Assembly: GCA_050012135.1 (NCBI GenBank)
Contig: JBEKHT010000006.1
Coordinates: 1,798-65,797 of the forward strand
Source of the DNA: Anaerolineales bacterium
Lineage (GTDB): Bacteria; Chloroflexota; Anaerolineae; Anaerolineales; RBG-16-64-43
Reading direction: 5' to 3'
DNA length: 64,000 nt
Shown here: positions 60,539 to 64,000 of the stretch, in pieces
Numbering within the stretch: the first letter of the stretch is position 1
Layout of the letters: the number at the start of each line of letters is the position of its first letter
Notes under the pieces: model-generated
What the model saw: the letters and a program-made list of their open reading frames with translations, nothing else
Databases searched by the model: none
Told to the model about the DNA's origin: nothing
Translations under genes and position numbers: made by a program

Positions 60539-61365
60539 TGAAAGCCGGTCGGCCAATGCGTTCGCCTCTACCGGTCTGGAGTCTCTCTTTCCTGGGCCCT
60601 TTGATCCTCATCTCCTGTGGGACCGCACAGGCCCCTGCGGGGACGCCCATGCCCTTTCCAGTGGTTATTGCCGATCCCTCGGCACAGGCCATGGTTGCGC
60701 GGTTGCTTGCGATCAATGCAAGCGTGTGGCCCGCATCGACCTCCCGCGGACCGGGGGCCGTTCAAGCGATTCCGCAAAGTGCCCTCAGCGAGGAGCTCCA
60801 GTCCGGGGAGGCGCAGCTCGCCATTGAGCTGGGGTCCCCGCCGGAGGGGCTGTGGGCGGCCCAATTGGGCTGGGAAGGCATTGTGGTGATTGTTCGCCCA
60901 GACAACCCGATCCTCTCGATTGGCCTTGAGCAACTGGGAGAGGTCTTCTCGGGAAAGATCACGAGCTGGTCAGCGCTAGGATCTGGGGCCGGGGCCATTC
61001 ACTTGGTCGGCCGGGAAAAGGGATCGCCGGTTCGCCTCGCGTTTGACCACTCCGTCCTGGGAAGCGAGCCACTCAGCAGCGAGGCCTTGGTGGTACCGGC
61101 CTCTTGGGCTGTCGTGCAGGCCGTCCATGAAGACCCCTTGGCAATCGGCTACCTCCCTTGCATTGACCTGGCCTCGGGCTTGAGGGCTCTGCCGATCGAT
61201 GGAGTGGCGCCGAGGGGAGAGACGATCCAGATGGGGGAATACCCGCTCAGGATTCCAGTAGTGGCAATCGCTCGCCAGCAACCTCAGGGGACCTGGGCTT
61301 CGTTTGTCGCTTGGGCGCAAGGCCAACAGGGTCAGCAGGCGTTTCGATTGCTTTGCCAACCTTGA
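60538..61365 (+). CDS. PstS-like substrate-binding lipoprotein
   Basis: Lipobox LISC, IVVIVRPDNP, FSGKITSWSALG, GREKGS, AIGY and YPL; ATG overlaps the uppP stop. Confidence 0.8.
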   Translation: MKAGRPMRSPLPVWSLSFLGPLILISCGTAQAPAGTPMPFPVVIADPSAQAMVARLLAINASVWPASTSRGPGAVQAIPQSALSEELQSGEAQLAIELGSPPEGLWAAQLGWEGIVVIVRPDNPILSIGLEQLGEVFSGKITSWSALGSGAGAIHLVGREKGSPVRLAFDHSVLGSEPLSSEALVVPASWAVVQAVHEDPLAIGYLPCIDLASGLRALPIDGVAPRGETIQMGEYPLRIPVVAIARQQPQGTWASFVAWAQGQQGQQAFRLLCQP

Positions 61366-61434
61366 CCCCTGACCGCGGCCCCATCCCCGGAAAGGGCGCG
61401 AATCTGGAATCTGCGGGGGCTTGGCCGATCCAGG

Positions 61435-62085
61435 CTAAACGAGGAATGGGTTTCCAACCCGTTCTTGCCCGACAGTCGTGACCGGTCCATGGCCGGAGAA
61501 GATCAGCGTATCGTCGGGAAGGGAAAGAATTCCGGTTTGAATGCTCTGGAGGAGTTGAGGGTAACTTCCGCCGGGCAGGTCGGTCCGGCCGATGCTGCCG
61601 GAGAAGATCACATCTCCCGAGAAGAGCCAGCCTCGCTTTCGCTCAAGGAAACCCACATGTCCGGCCGTATGCCCCGGCAGGGAAAGAACTTCCAGGAGCA
61701 ACTGCCCACAGCGGATCCGATCTCCTGCCCCGAGGGGTTTGGGCGAGACAGGGGGGGAGGTGAACTGGACGCCAAAAAGGTCCGCCCCGCCTTTGGCAGT
61801 CCACAGAGGCAGATCTGCTTGGCCCAGATAGGTCGGGGCAGGGAACCGTGCGATCAGTTCGGCACATCCCCCGATGTGATCAAAATGGGCATGGGTAATC
61901 AAGATCGCGCACAGCTGCCATTCTCGGCGCTCTAGTTCCCCAGCGATGTGTTGCCCGTCCCAGGAAGGGTCAATGACAACGGCCTCGTGCTGCGCGAGGT
62001 CAGCGACCAAATAGCAGTTGGTCCCGACCGGACCCAAGGTCAGAGAAACCACCTCGGCGCTTTCGTTCGAGCCACTCGGTTTCAT
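61435..62085 (-). CDS. MBL-fold metallo-hydrolase (glyoxalase II-like)
   Basis: THAHFDHIGG, PGHT, SGD, GRTDLPGG and GHGP. Confidence 0.93.
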   Translation of the reverse strand: MKPSGSNESAEVVSLTLGPVGTNCYLVADLAQHEAVVIDPSWDGQHIAGELERREWQLCAILITHAHFDHIGGCAELIARFPAPTYLGQADLPLWTAKGGADLFGVQFTSPPVSPKPLGAGDRIRCGQLLLEVLSLPGHTAGHVGFLERKRGWLFSGDVIFSGSIGRTDLPGGSYPQLLQSIQTGILSLPDDTLIFSGHGPVTTVGQERVGNPFLV

Positions 62086-62717
62086 CGGCCAAACTTTCCG
62101 AGGATCCGGGGAAGCATCAGGACGAGGCTAACGATCAGCGCGGCAACTCCCAAGGCGAATTCGGCCGCCCGGGAGAGTCCCAGAGGGGCCAGTACCCGAG
62201 TCTGCAACGTCCGGGCCCAGACGGTTCGTTCCACCACCTCTCCTCCTCCTTCCGGCACCAGTTGCAGGCGCAGGAACATGGTTGCGCTAGCCGATCCTTG
62301 GGATGCGGTCGTGATCGTCCAGGCAAAAGTGGCCCGTCCCGCTGGCGAGAGCGGCTCAGCGATTTCTCCCTCTGGGTCGACAACAATTCCGTTGCCTCGC
62401 AATTCGGCGACCACCATGCGGTTGAATCCAGAGATCGGAGCCGGGATTTGACCCTTCACCGGCGCGAGAGTGAGCCGGGCTGTCGCAGTCTGCCCCAGGC
62501 GAAGGCCGGCGGGCCAGTGAAGGCTGAGCGCGAAGTCCACATTCGCATCCTGGCGGCTGGGGGCCTGGGCCGAGGTAAGCGCTTCGCCCACCAGGGGAAT
62601 GGACTCGCTCAAGATCGACGGGGGCCATAGGGCCATTCCCAAAAGGAGGACGGAGGAGACGGCCAGGGTTAGGCTGACCCAGCCGCTATAGGAATGACGC
62701 TCCGCTTTCCTGGACAC
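62082..62717 (-). CDS. Hypothetical membrane-anchored protein
   Basis: N- and C-terminal hydrophobic helices flanking a beta-rich domain; overlaps the MBL gene start by 4 nt. Confidence 0.6.
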   Translation of the reverse strand: MSRKAERHSYSGWVSLTLAVSSVLLLGMALWPPSILSESIPLVGEALTSAQAPSRQDANVDFALSLHWPAGLRLGQTATARLTLAPVKGQIPAPISGFNRMVVAELRGNGIVVDPEGEIAEPLSPAGRATFAWTITTASQGSASATMFLRLQLVPEGGGEVVERTVWARTLQTRVLAPLGLSRAAEFALGVAALIVSLVLMLPRILGKFGR

Positions 62718-62861
62718 GGCGCAATTATACCTATCCGGGATCGTCCGGTTTTCGTCGCACCGTGAACTTGGGCAGAGCACGGGTCTTCCCCTCAGACTGA
62801 GGGAACCCTGGGGGGCGATGTTCCATGCTACACTGCTCGCAAACCCTCCCGAGGAGGAGCA

Positions 62862-64000
62862 TTGTTCCCCTATCCGGCAGAGCCATTTCGAATCAAGATG
62901 GTTGAACCGCTGCGCCGTATCCATCGCGCTGAGCGTGAGTCCGCCTTGCGCGCCGCTGGGTACAACCTCTTTGCTCTCAAGGCGGAAGATGTTTACATCG
63001 ATCTGCTCACCGACTCAGGCACGGGGGCCATGAGTGATCATCAGTGGGGATCGCTCATGATGGGCGACGAGTCCTACGCGGGCGCCCGATCCTTCTATCA
63101 TCTCTCTGCGGTGATGAAAAAGATCTTCGGGTTCAGGCATTTTGTCCCCACCCATCAAGGGAGGGCTGCGGAAAACATCCTTTGTGCTGTCCTCCTCAAG
63201 CCAGGACAGCACGTCCCGAGCAATATGCATTTTGACACAACCCAGGCGAATATCCTGGCGCGCGAGGGCATCCCCGAGGACCTGGTGATCCCGGAAGGGC
63301 AGGACCCGCAGAGTCGCCATCCCTTCAAGGGGAACTTGGATATTGCTCGGTTGGAAGACTTCATCCGCCGCGTGGGCCCCGGACAGATTCCCTTCGGCAT
63401 GATCACCGTGACGAACAATGCCGGAGGCGGCCAGCCGGTATCCCTTGAGAACCTGCAACAGGTAAGCGCGGTCTACCGCCGTCACCATATCCCTTTCTTT
63501 ATCGACGCGTGCCGCTACGCAGAGAATGCCTACTTCATTCATGAGCGCGAGCCAGGCCAACAAGGCCGACCCTTGCCCGAGATTGCTCGAGAGATCTTTT
63601 CGCTTGCCGATGGCGCCACCATGTCGGCCAAGAAGGACGGCTTGGTGAACATTGGCGGATTCCTGGCCCTGAACGACGATGACCTGTACGAGCAGGTTTG
63701 CAACGAACTCATCCTGCGGGAGGGTTTCCCCACTTATGGAGGCCTGGCGGGACGCGACCTCGACGCGATGGCGGTGGGACTCGAAGAAGCTCTGGATGAG
63801 GAGTATTTGGCCTATCGGGTTGGCCAGATCCGCTATCTGGGCGAACGCATAACCGAAGCCGGGGTTCCGATTGTCCAACCCCCGGGCGGGCACGCCATTT
63901 ACCTGGACGCAGGCGCCTTCCTGCCTCATATTCCCCCCGCTGAATTCCCTGGGCAGGCTCTCGCGATCGAGCTTTATCTGCAAGGTGGAATCCGCGGCGT
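62862..64000 (+). CDS. Tryptophanase / tyrosine phenol-lyase (beta-eliminating lyase), 3'-partial
   Basis: Absent from the ORF track because it has no stop in the window. TTG after GAGGAGG gives YPAEPFRIKMVE, IDLLTDSGTGAMS, THQGRAAE, MSAKKD (PLP Lys) and GFPTYGGLAGRD. Confidence 0.93.
   Translation, partial: MFPYPAEPFRIKMVEPLRRIHRAERESALRAAGYNLFALKAEDVYIDLLTDSGTGAMSDHQWGSLMMGDESYAGARSFYHLSAVMKKIFGFRHFVPTHQGRAAENILCAVLLKPGQHVPSNMHFDTTQANILAREGIPEDLVIPEGQDPQSRHPFKGNLDIARLEDFIRRVGPGQIPFGMITVTNNAGGGQPVSLENLQQVSAVYRRHHIPFFIDACRYAENAYFIHEREPGQQGRPLPEIAREIFSLADGATMSAKKDGLVNIGGFLALNDDDLYEQVCNELILREGFPTYGGLAGRDLDAMAVGLEEALDEEYLAYRVGQIRYLGERITEAGVPIVQPPGGHAIYLDAGAFLPHIPPAEFPGQALAIELYLQGGIRG

Overview
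GC-rich bacterial chromosomal window, most consistent with an anaerobic Chloroflexota (Anaerolineae-like) genome. That assignment is an inference from the duplicated nuoM with a lengthened NuoL, the fused atpF-atpH, MurE with EDPR and Pro/Thr-linker lipoproteins. Housekeeping content: ileS (5'-partial), lspA, an RluA-family gene, ltaE, sppA, murE, greA, lysS, uvrA, tgt, a uppP-like gene, four tRNAs (Phe, Gly, Cys, Glu) and a 3'-partial tryptophanase/tyrosine phenol-lyase that the ORF track misses. Four things stand out. (1) A two-gene module (36.9-38.4 kb) encodes a strikingly Rab-like small GTPase and a partner with a predicted longin-like domain. (2) A 'membrane-only' bioenergetic operon (6.7-18.7 kb) joins the complex I membrane arm nuoA-H-J-K-L-M-M-N to the Fo genes of ATP synthase, with no NuoBCDEFGI or F1 alpha/beta/gamma/epsilon genes. 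(3) A formate hydrogenlyase-like operon (40.3-51.2 kb) has an FdhF that is a selenoprotein, with an in-frame UGA plus SECIS, shown as two ORFs in the track; one of its antiporter subunits carries an extra half-antiporter domain. (4) An archaeal-type SAM synthetase is controlled by a SAM-I riboswitch with a complete terminator/antiterminator. No CRISPR array, rRNA or intact mobile element was seen. Start codons were chosen by eye from RBS and homology, and all family assignments come from motif recognition without database searches.
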